A stretch of 64,000 nucleotides of DNA from an uncultured delta proteobacterium (GTDB lineage: Bacteria; Desulfobacterota; Syntrophia; Syntrophales; UBA2185), in the NCBI GenBank assembly GCA_963705275.1, contig OY970063.1:1329039-1393038 (forward strand). Reading direction: 5' to 3'. The position numbers were made by a program, and so were the translations under genes. Shown piece after piece: positions 27,555-36,204 of this stretch (its first letter is position 1; the number at the start of each line of letters is the position of its first letter). Below the pieces are notes generated by a model. It was given only the letters and a program-made list of their open reading frames with translations. It had not been told where the DNA came from and did not search any database.

Positions 27555-29467
27555 TTGTTATGCATCGCAAGGGCATTTTTCAGATTATCCTCAGCCAGTT
27601 TGAAGTTGGGGTTAATTCTCAAAGCCGCACGGAAACATTCAATCGCCTCTTTAAACCTTTCTTGATGAAGCAAGGCATTCCCAAGATTGTTATGAGCCTC
27701 TGCAAAGTCAGGCTTGAGTCTGATGGCCTCACGAAAGTCGATAATTGCTTCCTCTTCTTTACCCTGGAGAGCGAGGACGTAACCTATGTAATTATGATAG
27801 GTGGCAGAATCAGGCTTGAGTCTGATAGCCTCCTTGAGGCGGGCGATTGCTTCTGCCAGTTTACCCTGACGAACCAAGGCGATGCCCGAGTTATAATTCG
27901 CATCCGAGTAGTACGGATTGATCCTTAAGGCCTCCTGATAGTCGGCAACTGCTCCCCCGTAGTCCCCCAGATTGAGCTTCGCGTTCCCCCGGTTGTAATA
28001 GGCCGCATAAAAGCTGGGATTCAGCTCAATTGCCCTGTTGTAATACGTCAATGCCTCGGATGCATCTCCCGCATCCGCCAGTGCCTTCCCATAATTACAG
28101 AACGGCCTTGCTTTATTCGGAGATTTCTTTATACAGTCACCCCAGAGGGTATAATCACTTCTCCAGACCTTGTTGCGCTCATAGGTCAATACTGTACTTG
28201 TAAAAACCATTAGGACCAGGACTGCCCAACCTACCTGCCTGTATCTGTCCCATAAGAAATAATAGGCTATACCCATCAAGACGAGGAAGAACCCAAAACT
28301 GGGCAGGTACGTCCGGTGTTCAAATATAACATTCTGGGAAATCGGGATAATGCTTGATTCCACGGACAGGGTTAAGAAAAACCAGAATATGCCAAATGCA
28401 ATCAGCCGATACCTGCGAAAAAGGATTATCCCGAGAACAAGAATCCCTGCCAGAGATAGCAGGCCAAAGATCGTATGCCATTCAAAAAGACTGTGGGAGA
28501 CCGGATAATCATAATCCATATTCTGATTTATAGGCACTATGAATAGCCTGATATATGTGAGTATGACACTAAACTGGGTGAGGAGATATTCCCATGTCGT
28601 TATGGGATAATCATAACCCTGGTCAGGAAGAGGGGGTATGGTATTAAAGATCCTGAAGGAGAAATTAAGGAAAAAGAGGACAACAAAAATCCCGAGGATA
28701 ATGATGGGAATCTGAATGCCTCTGTCTTTTATATCGATCTTCCATGCATCGGTCTTTATAAAGCTGAACTCATACAAAATAAGGGCGGCGGGCAGTGTAA
28801 AGACGATTTCCTTGGTCAGCATCCCCAGTACTGCGCACAGTATGGAACCTGCGTAGAAAAATAAGACCCGCTTATCCTTATTACCCTCCCCAAGTCTCCC
28901 CTTTACATACAAAGCCAGCGATAACAGATAAAACAGCGTGGCCAATGACGCCAATCGTTGCACTATATACGTCACCGACTGGGTCGCCAGGGGATGGGAT
29001 ACAAACAACAAGGCGGTAAATAGGGCCATTACCTCTTTATGCCTGCTTATCGGCTGAGCTCTCATTACAGGTGTCGACATCGTCAGCAGCACCAGCCACC
29101 ATACCAATACCGCATTGACAACATGTATCGCCAGATTGACGAGGTGGTATCCCCAAACATCAAGTCTATGAAAATGATAATCTAAGGCGAATGATAGATA
29201 CCCTATGGGACGGCTGGGGTAAAATCCCCACCAGGCTTTCACATCGGAAAGATTTCTTATGGCGATGTTATCCTCAATAGTCGGGACATCGTCAAAATGA
29301 AAGGAGTAATTAAAGGAGTTGGAATATGCTATTATGCCCACCAGGCATATAAGTATTATGGAAACTAGGCTCCACGGGATTTGTCGGGTTTTCCTTTCTT
29401 CTTTTCCCCCACCCGTGATGTCTTTTTGCTTCTTCTTAGAAACTTTCAGTGCCTGTCTCTTCCCCAC
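27551..29467 (-). CDS. Polytopic membrane + TPR protein, TMTC/PMT-like (paralog B)
   Basis: 638 aa with a GTG start and GGGAGG as RBS. It has FHFDDVPTIEDN, a multi-TM core and 5-6 TPR units. The N-terminal 470 aa are near-identical to paralog C. Confidence 0.65.
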   Translation of the reverse strand: MGKRQALKVSKKKQKDITGGGKEERKTRQIPWSLVSIILICLVGIIAYSNSFNYSFHFDDVPTIEDNIAIRNLSDVKAWWGFYPSRPIGYLSFALDYHFHRLDVWGYHLVNLAIHVVNAVLVWWLVLLTMSTPVMRAQPISRHKEVMALFTALLFVSHPLATQSVTYIVQRLASLATLFYLLSLALYVKGRLGEGNKDKRVLFFYAGSILCAVLGMLTKEIVFTLPAALILYEFSFIKTDAWKIDIKDRGIQIPIIILGIFVVLFFLNFSFRIFNTIPPLPDQGYDYPITTWEYLLTQFSVILTYIRLFIVPINQNMDYDYPVSHSLFEWHTIFGLLSLAGILVLGIILFRRYRLIAFGIFWFFLTLSVESSIIPISQNVIFEHRTYLPSFGFFLVLMGIAYYFLWDRYRQVGWAVLVLMVFTSTVLTYERNKVWRSDYTLWGDCIKKSPNKARPFCNYGKALADAGDASEALTYYNRAIELNPSFYAAYYNRGNAKLNLGDYGGAVADYQEALRINPYYSDANYNSGIALVRQGKLAEAIARLKEAIRLKPDSATYHNYIGYVLALQGKEEEAIIDFREAIRLKPDFAEAHNNLGNALLHQERFKEAIECFRAALRINPNFKLAEDNLKNALAMHNK

Positions 29468-29480
29468 ACTGCCTCCCGGT
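27803..29480. repeat. 1.68-kb direct repeat, copy 1 (5' two-thirds of paralog B plus its RBS)
   Basis: It aligns to 30135-31812 at a constant offset of +2332. Bases 28151-28762 are identical base-for-base to 30483-31094 (612 bp, compared line by line). The flanks carry scattered substitutions. Confidence 0.9.
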
Positions 29481-29549
29481 TACTATATCAAACTTCCCAT
29501 CGCCGCACATGAACTGAAATGGTTGTGTCAATTTGAAGCACGACACGTC

Positions 29550-31799
29550 CTAAAATTTAGGAGAGGGGCCTTGTCGGTTCTTTCTCTCCTGAACAAGGGC
29601 CTTGTTGAGGTTCTTCTGCGCCATTACGTAGTCTGGCTTGAGACGGACAGCCTGACGGAAATTGTCAATCGCTTCATCAATTTTACCGCGGAGAAGCAAA
29701 ATATTTCCCAAATTGTTATAGGCCTTGGCATAGTCCGGCCTGATGCGGATACATTCACGAAAATGGGAAATAGCCTCATCAAGTTTTCCCTGCGTGGCCA
29801 GGACGGTACCCAAGCTGTAATGGACAGCCGCATTGGCGGGGTTGATTTTGAGAGCCTTGAAGAAAATGAGTATGGCCTCGTCAAGCCTACCCTGCTTCGT
29901 TAAGGCAAGGCCCATGTTGTTATAGGAGTCGGTTAGCTTGGGATCAATACGCACTGCCTCGGCATAATGGCCGATGGCGTCATCAAGCCGGCCCTCCTCC
30001 TCCAGGGCATTGCCCAGGTTGTTTTCAGCATCTGCAGAATCAGGCTTGAGTCTGATGGCCTCACGGAACTGAATAATAGCCTCCCCCGTCTCACCCCGGC
30101 GAGCAAGTAGATTACCCAAATTGTAATGATAATCTGCAGAATCAGGCTTAAGTCTGATGGCCTCCTTGAGGCGGGCGATTGCTTCTGCCAGTTTGCCCTG
30201 ACGAGCCAAGGCGATACCCGAGTTATAATTCGCATCCGAGTAGTACGGATTGATCCTTAAGGCCTCCTGATAGTCGGCAACTGCTCCCCCGTAGTCCCCC
30301 AGATTGAGCTTCGCGTTCCCCCGGTTGTAATAAGCCGTATAAAAGCTGGGATTCAGCTCAATTGCCCTGTTGTAATACGTCAATGCCTCGGATACATTCC
30401 CCATATCGAGCAACGCACTCCCATAGTTACTCAACAGCCTTGCTTTATTCGGAGATTTCTTTATACAGTCACCCCACAGAGTATAATCACTTCTCCAGAC
30501 CTTGTTGCGCTCATAGGTCAATACTGTACTTGTAAAAACCATTAGGACCAGGACTGCCCAACCTACCTGCCTGTATCTGTCCCATAAGAAATAATAGGCT
30601 ATACCCATCAAGACGAGGAAGAACCCAAAACTGGGCAGGTACGTCCGGTGTTCAAATATAACATTCTGGGAAATCGGGATAATGCTTGATTCCACGGACA
30701 GGGTTAAGAAAAACCAGAATATGCCAAATGCAATCAGCCGATACCTGCGAAAAAGGATTATCCCGAGAACAAGAATCCCTGCCAGAGATAGCAGGCCAAA
30801 GATCGTATGCCATTCAAAAAGACTGTGGGAGACCGGATAATCATAATCCATATTCTGATTTATAGGCACTATGAATAGCCTGATATATGTGAGTATGACA
30901 CTAAACTGGGTGAGGAGATATTCCCATGTCGTTATGGGATAATCATAACCCTGGTCAGGAAGAGGGGGTATGGTATTAAAGATCCTGAAGGAGAAATTAA
31001 GGAAAAAGAGGACAACAAAAATCCCGAGGATAATGATGGGAATCTGAATGCCTCTGTCTTTTATATCGATCTTCCATGCATCGGTCTTTATAAAACTGAA
31101 TTCATAGAGGACAAGGGCAAATGGCAGTGTAAAAACGATCTCCTTGGTCAGCATCCCCAGTATCGCACACAGTATGGAACCTGCGTAGAAAAATAAGACC
31201 CGCTTATCTTTATTACCCTCCCCAAGTCTCCCCTTTACATACAGCGCCAGCGACAACAGATAAAACAGCGTGGCCAATGAAGCCAACCGCTGCACTATAT
31301 ATGTCACCGACTGGGTCGCCAGGGGATGCGATACGAAAAGCAAAGCAGCAAAAAGGGCCATTGACATTTTGTGCCGGCTCATAGGCTGACTTCTCATTAC
31401 AGGTGTCGACATCGTCAGCAGCACCAGCCACCATACCAATACGGCATTGATAACATGTATCGCCAGATTAACGAGGTGGTATCCCCAAACATCAAGTCTA
31501 TGAAAATGATAATCTAAGGCGAATGATAGATACCCTATGGGACGGCTGGGGACAAACCCCCACCATGCCTTAACATTGGAAAGATTCCTTATTGTGATAT
31601 TCTCTTCAATGTTCAGATGATCATCAAAATGAAAGGAGCAATTAAAGGAGTTGGAATAAGCGATCATACCCACAAGGCATATAAGTATTATAGATATAAA
31701 GCCCCATGGGACGTGTCGGGATTTTTCTTCTTTCTTTTCCCCACCCGCCATGTCTTTCTGCTTCTTCTTAGAAATTTTCAGTGCCTGTCTCTTCCCCAC
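29550..31799 (-). CDS. Polytopic membrane + TPR protein, TMTC/PMT-like (paralog C)
   Basis: 749 aa with the same start context as B and FHFDDHLNIEEN. The TPR array is longer, at about 8-9 units. Confidence 0.65.
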   Translation of the reverse strand: MGKRQALKISKKKQKDMAGGEKKEEKSRHVPWGFISIILICLVGMIAYSNSFNCSFHFDDHLNIEENITIRNLSNVKAWWGFVPSRPIGYLSFALDYHFHRLDVWGYHLVNLAIHVINAVLVWWLVLLTMSTPVMRSQPMSRHKMSMALFAALLFVSHPLATQSVTYIVQRLASLATLFYLLSLALYVKGRLGEGNKDKRVLFFYAGSILCAILGMLTKEIVFTLPFALVLYEFSFIKTDAWKIDIKDRGIQIPIIILGIFVVLFFLNFSFRIFNTIPPLPDQGYDYPITTWEYLLTQFSVILTYIRLFIVPINQNMDYDYPVSHSLFEWHTIFGLLSLAGILVLGIILFRRYRLIAFGIFWFFLTLSVESSIIPISQNVIFEHRTYLPSFGFFLVLMGIAYYFLWDRYRQVGWAVLVLMVFTSTVLTYERNKVWRSDYTLWGDCIKKSPNKARLLSNYGSALLDMGNVSEALTYYNRAIELNPSFYTAYYNRGNAKLNLGDYGGAVADYQEALRINPYYSDANYNSGIALARQGKLAEAIARLKEAIRLKPDSADYHYNLGNLLARRGETGEAIIQFREAIRLKPDSADAENNLGNALEEEGRLDDAIGHYAEAVRIDPKLTDSYNNMGLALTKQGRLDEAILIFFKALKINPANAAVHYSLGTVLATQGKLDEAISHFRECIRIRPDYAKAYNNLGNILLLRGKIDEAIDNFRQAVRLKPDYVMAQKNLNKALVQERKNRQGPSPKF

Positions 31800-31812
31800 A
31801 CTGCCTCCCGGT
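30135..31812. repeat. 1.68-kb direct repeat, copy 2 (5' two-thirds of paralog C plus its RBS)
   Basis: See copy 1. Identity stops 13 nt upstream of the GTG start (after cccggt) and within the first shared TPR units. Confidence 0.9.
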
Positions 31813-31950
31813 GGATATTTTCAACGGTAGCGAGCATAAACAAATAATATACTTGAGCGCGTCAAATTTTACATCCAATGCGCCGCCTCGCAATGAAGAC
31901 AGCGGGCGCAAATTACAATATATCTTGTCCAGGCATAGTCTGGACCACGC

Positions 31951-34188
31951 CTATCGTGTCTTTCCCCGTTGGGCAAGAGCAACTTGAAGATTGTTATGCG
32001 CCTCTTTATAGTCCGGCCGTATCTGTAACGCTTGACGAAAATGGGAAATAGCTTCATCCAGCTTGCCTTTGCGGGCGAGTATAATACCCATATTGTTATG
32101 GGCTTCCGCATATCTTGGTTTAATCTGCAGCGCCCTGGAATAATCAACTAACGCTTCATCAAGATTTCCCTTCTTAGCCAAGGTCTTTCCCATGGCGAAA
32201 TAATTTTCCGGGTTAGAGGGCATAAGGCGAATGGCCTCCCTAAGATGTGTAACAGCCTCATCAAGATTTCCTTTTTGCATTAATGCTAACCCTAAATTTG
32301 TATGTGCTTCGGCATAGTCAGGTTTTATCTCCAAGGCTTTGACAAAACAATCCATTGCGTTATCAAGGTTGCCACGCATAGCCCTTATGACACCCATGTT
32401 AAGGATTGTTTCGGGATCGAAAGGATCAATGCGGTTTGCCTGATGGAAATAGGACATTGCTTCGTCAATATTGCCTTTCTGCATCGAAGCTAACCCTAAA
32501 TTGTACTGAGCGTTGTCACGCTCCGGCTTGATGCGGATGGATTCTCGAAAGTGATAAATGGCTTCATCCAGTTTCCCCTGTGAGGCCAAGACAGTCCCCA
32601 GGTTGTAGTGGGCTGCCGCATGATTGGAGTTGATTCTAAGAGCCTTGAGGAAATTTGTTATGGCTTCATCGGCTCTTCCCTGCTTAGTCAAGGCAAGACC
32701 CATATTGTTATAGGAGTCTGGCAGATTAGGATCAATCCGCACTGCCTCGGCATAATGGGCCATGGCCTCATCAAGCCTGCCTTCAGCCTCCAAAACAGTT
32801 CCCATATTGTTTAACATTATAGGATTATTGGATGTCTTCTCCAAGGCATGCTTAAACAGGGTATTGCTGTTTTGCCAGTAACCCACCTGCTTCCATGTTA
32901 CGAATGAAAAGAGGCAAAGTATGATGGCAGTAACCGTTGCAAAAGCGGCATTCCGATGTCTCCAATTTTTTAAAAGCTCAGGTACACCCCAGGCAGCCAT
33001 GATAGAAATACCGATAAGGGGTACATAGGTATAACGGTCCGCCATCGCCTGCACCCCCACCTGGACAAGACCGATGACGGGAACCAGTGTCCCCAGATAC
33101 CAGAGCCACCCCGTCATGAGATACGGGTAACGCTTTACGTTCCGGATAATCAAAAAGGTTGTCAGGCCAAGAAAGAGACCCGCCCCAATGACCCGCCAGA
33201 CCGGAGTCGTGCCGGGGTATGGATAAAGAACGGCAAGATCAGCAGGCCAGACCATCTTCCCAATATAACCACAGTAAGAAACAAGTGCATTTGCGACGCG
33301 AGATGACAAGGGGAAGCTTTGCGGAGAACCCACGGCCCCGCCCTTCAGCTGGGCCATGTATGTAACTACACTCGATGCCAGAGAAAAGACAAAGAAGGGA
33401 ACCTTTTCCAGGATAATCTGGCCGATGGCAGGCTGTTGCCGGGTCCTATTGTCAGTCTTATTTGCATGCTCTTCTTTTATTGCGGTCCTTCCGCGTTCCT
33501 TCTTCTTGCCGTGTGGTTTCACGAGCCTTTCAGATTTCACACTATCAACTGCTAATGGTCTTTCCATCTGTAAACGACGGAGGGGCCAGTAATCAAGAAG
33601 GAGCAGGACAAAAGGTAAGGTGACCAGCATCGGCTTTGACATGAGACCTAGCAGGAAGAATGCGAGTACAAAGAGATACCTCTTATATCCGGGATGTTCC
33701 ACATAGTAGACATACGCCCCCATGGTGAGCATCCAGAAAAAGGTGGAGAGGACGTCCTTCCGTTCAGCCACCCAGGCGACAGACTCCACATGAAGCGGAT
33801 GCAGCGCAAAAAGCCCTGCCACAAAGGCGCTCTGCCAGAGACCCTTAGTCATTCGGTGAAGAATGAAAAAGAGCAATAAGGTGTTTGCTACGTGGAATAG
33901 GAGATTTACTAAATGATGCAAACCTGGCTTCAATCCGAACAACTGACAGTCCAGCATGTGGGAAAGCCAGGTCAGGGGATGCCAGTTGCTCACATAGAAG
34001 GTTGTAAAAGCCCAGGCAGCGTTCCCAGACGTCAGACCGGTCTGTACATGACGGTTTTCCGTTATGTATCTGTTGTCATCAAAATTGACAAAATCGTGAC
34101 TGTTCACCTGCCAGTAAATGGAAATGATAGTTATCGCCAAGAAGAGGCATATCAAGAATGTGCGGTGGCTGTAATCTGACTCATTCAT
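31951..34188 (-). CDS. Polytopic membrane + TPR protein, TMTC/PMT-like (paralog D)
   Basis: 745 aa with FVNFDDNRYITEN. The membrane core resembles paralog A, followed by about 9 TPR units. Its ATG overlaps the hflX stop (TAATG). Confidence 0.65.
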   Translation of the reverse strand: MNESDYSHRTFLICLFLAITIISIYWQVNSHDFVNFDDNRYITENRHVQTGLTSGNAAWAFTTFYVSNWHPLTWLSHMLDCQLFGLKPGLHHLVNLLFHVANTLLLFFILHRMTKGLWQSAFVAGLFALHPLHVESVAWVAERKDVLSTFFWMLTMGAYVYYVEHPGYKRYLFVLAFFLLGLMSKPMLVTLPFVLLLLDYWPLRRLQMERPLAVDSVKSERLVKPHGKKKERGRTAIKEEHANKTDNRTRQQPAIGQIILEKVPFFVFSLASSVVTYMAQLKGGAVGSPQSFPLSSRVANALVSYCGYIGKMVWPADLAVLYPYPGTTPVWRVIGAGLFLGLTTFLIIRNVKRYPYLMTGWLWYLGTLVPVIGLVQVGVQAMADRYTYVPLIGISIMAAWGVPELLKNWRHRNAAFATVTAIILCLFSFVTWKQVGYWQNSNTLFKHALEKTSNNPIMLNNMGTVLEAEGRLDEAMAHYAEAVRIDPNLPDSYNNMGLALTKQGRADEAITNFLKALRINSNHAAAHYNLGTVLASQGKLDEAIYHFRESIRIKPERDNAQYNLGLASMQKGNIDEAMSYFHQANRIDPFDPETILNMGVIRAMRGNLDNAMDCFVKALEIKPDYAEAHTNLGLALMQKGNLDEAVTHLREAIRLMPSNPENYFAMGKTLAKKGNLDEALVDYSRALQIKPRYAEAHNNMGIILARKGKLDEAISHFRQALQIRPDYKEAHNNLQVALAQRGKTR
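33617..33844. repeat. 228-bp near-identical tract shared by paralogs A and D (copy in D)
   Basis: See 26980-27207. Confidence 0.85.
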
Positions 34189-35915
34189 TACAGGGGCATC
34201 GACCTTGATTCGACAGGATTCATCCTCAGGCGGGTCTGATTGACCACTGCTTCTATCCTCTCAACAAGAGGTGAAAGGGTTTCGGGTTTAAGAGCCGATA
34301 TGGCTATAGAGCTAAATCGTCGACAGAGGTTTTGCAGAATTCCCTTGTCGAGGAAACGGTCCTCCTTGTTGAAAACACGGATGGTCGGCTTTCCGACGAT
34401 TGCAAGTTCCTCCAGAATTTTCTCAACTGCCGCTATATGACTTTCAAAATTCGGGTTGCTTATGTCAATTACATGCAGAAGAACATCGGCGTCATGCAGT
34501 TCATCAAGGGTCGCTCGGAAGGCAGCGAAGAGATCCCGGGGAAGGTCCCGGATAAAACCCACCGTATCGGTAATAATGGCCTCAGTATCACGTGGAAAGC
34601 GGAGTCTCGAACTTTTCGGGTCGAGGGTCGCAAACAGACGGTCCTCCGTGAAGACCCTGCTTTCTGTGAGTGTATTCAAGAGCGTCGATTTCCCGGCATT
34701 TGTGTAGCCTACGATAGAGATTATGGGAAGACCCATTTTCCCCCGTTTGATGCGGCGCTGCTTTCTTGCCCTCTCGATCTGTTGCATCTCACGTTCGAGG
34801 CGGTGGATTCGATCCCTCACACGGCGCCGGTTTATCTCAAGCTTTGTTTCACCCGGCCCCGTCCCCCCAATGCCTCCCGTGAGCCTCGACATGGCAGTAT
34901 TTTTTGTCACCAGCCTGGGGAGGAGATATTTCAACTGGGCAAGTTCTACCTGGAGCTTGCCTTCTCTGCTGTGGGCGCGTCTGGCGAAGATATCGAGAAT
35001 AATCTGGGTGCGGTCCACGACCTTCATCTCTGTAAAATCCGTGATGGATCTTAGCTGTGCCGGTTGCAATTCATGGTCAAAGATGAGGAGATTAGCCCCT
35101 ATCTGCATTGCCCTGATGACGAGCTCCGACATCCTTCCCCGGCCAAGGATGAATCGGGGATCTATCTGCTCTCTGTACTGAATAATGCTGTCGAAGACCT
35201 CAACCCCGCAGGACCGGGCAAGCTCCTTCAGTTCGTCCAAGGAGTTTCGACTGTCGGCAAGCGGGGCCGTTTCTACACGTATCAGTATGGCACGGTCCGT
35301 AGAATCTACCTTCCTCGTCTTCTGTTTTCTTGCGAATTCGCCCTCCAGGGCCTGGATAAAGGCCAGGAAATTGATATTCATCTCCGAAGGACGGTCCTTC
35401 TCCATGATAAGCCAGTACCTGCCATCGGGGTTTTCCGGGATCAGGTGGGCCGTGTGGGCGTAACCGGGAAGCCCATCTTCCCCGGTCTCAACCGCTGAGA
35501 TGAGATCGAGGCGGAGCAGGGCCAGGTCGGTGAGGTCATCAGTGGTTAGCCCCTCACCATTCAAATGGGTGTGGATTAGGCGGAGGCCCTTGAAGCGAGT
35601 GGAAGAAGATCGGAAGCCATCGAGGCCGGGGATCATGATATCTTTGGGAGAGCCGGCGATCACATAGGCGATCTCGCCTCTGCGGCTGATCAGGATGCCT
35701 ATCTGACGGTTGATTTCCCGCGAAAGAGATGTGAGTTGTCTCGCAAGTTCGTGGGTAATGATACGCTCCGGAGGTATCTTCCTCCGATAGAGCTGACCGA
35801 TTCTTCTTATCTGTTCTGCCCCGAGACCGGTCAGGTTGCCATAGACCTTATTGATTGCCCGCCCCCTTGCTTTCGGCCTGACGCGCGGCCATCCTTCTGG
35901 CCAGACGTTCCTCAA
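34188..35915 (-). CDS. hflX: GTPase HflX
   Basis: HflX N-domain plus a G-domain with GYTNAGKSTLLNTL (G1), DTVGF (G3) and NKED (G4). The TTG start at 35915 overlaps the upstream zinc-ribbon gene by 68 nt, so the real start is uncertain. Confidence 0.85.
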   Translation of the reverse strand: MRNVWPEGWPRVRPKARGRAINKVYGNLTGLGAEQIRRIGQLYRRKIPPERIITHELARQLTSLSREINRQIGILISRRGEIAYVIAGSPKDIMIPGLDGFRSSSTRFKGLRLIHTHLNGEGLTTDDLTDLALLRLDLISAVETGEDGLPGYAHTAHLIPENPDGRYWLIMEKDRPSEMNINFLAFIQALEGEFARKQKTRKVDSTDRAILIRVETAPLADSRNSLDELKELARSCGVEVFDSIIQYREQIDPRFILGRGRMSELVIRAMQIGANLLIFDHELQPAQLRSITDFTEMKVVDRTQIILDIFARRAHSREGKLQVELAQLKYLLPRLVTKNTAMSRLTGGIGGTGPGETKLEINRRRVRDRIHRLEREMQQIERARKQRRIKRGKMGLPIISIVGYTNAGKSTLLNTLTESRVFTEDRLFATLDPKSSRLRFPRDTEAIITDTVGFIRDLPRDLFAAFRATLDELHDADVLLHVIDISNPNFESHIAAVEKILEELAIVGKPTIRVFNKEDRFLDKGILQNLCRRFSSIAISALKPETLSPLVERIEAVVNQTRLRMNPVESRSMPL

Positions 35916-36072
35916 ATCTCTCCCTGCTGTGGAAGCTGGCGCGCCCTATCAACTTCTTGGTATTCGGTGACCCGCATTCGGGACATGTCACACCCGCCTG
36001 ATCTTCACCGACCTTCATGAAGCATTCAAAGATATGCTCGCAGGCAGCGCATTCAAATTCATAGATAGGCAT
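35848..36072 (-). CDS. FmdB-family zinc-ribbon protein (CxxC...CxxC)
   Basis: 74 aa. MPIYEFECAACEHIFECFMKVGEDQAGVTCPECGS is the typical FmdB/CxxC_CxxC_SSSS N-terminus. Confidence 0.8.
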   Translation of the reverse strand: MPIYEFECAACEHIFECFMKVGEDQAGVTCPECGSPNTKKLIGRASFHSRERFEERLARRMAARQAESKGAGNQ

Positions 36073-36144
36073 ATGGAATTCCTACTTGCTCATTTGTCAG
36101 AAAATTAACACACTCACAGGTTACGGGTCAAGGAAATTTGAGAC

Positions 36145-36180
36145 ACAAAAAACCCCGGAGGGGTATCCCCCCGGGGTTTT
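36145..36180 (-). terminator. Rho-independent terminator after the porin gene
   Basis: The minus-strand RNA reads AAAACCCCGGGGGGAUACCCCUCCGGGGUUUUUUGUGU, a GC stem followed by a U6 run, 25 nt past the porin stop. Confidence 0.75.
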
Positions 36181-36204
36181 AAGATGCAACTAATAACGAC
36201 AGAA

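Noticed and set aside
27803-31812. The 1.68-kb direct repeats considered as copies of an insertion sequence or other mobile element.
   Set aside because: There is no transposase, no terminal inverted repeats and no target-site duplication. Both copies are in-frame coding sequence of paralogous genes.
34332-35054. 240-aa ORF on the + strand, plus other + strand ORFs within 34240-35500.
   Set aside because: They are antisense to hflX, which has G1/G3/G4 GTPase motifs on the minus strand.
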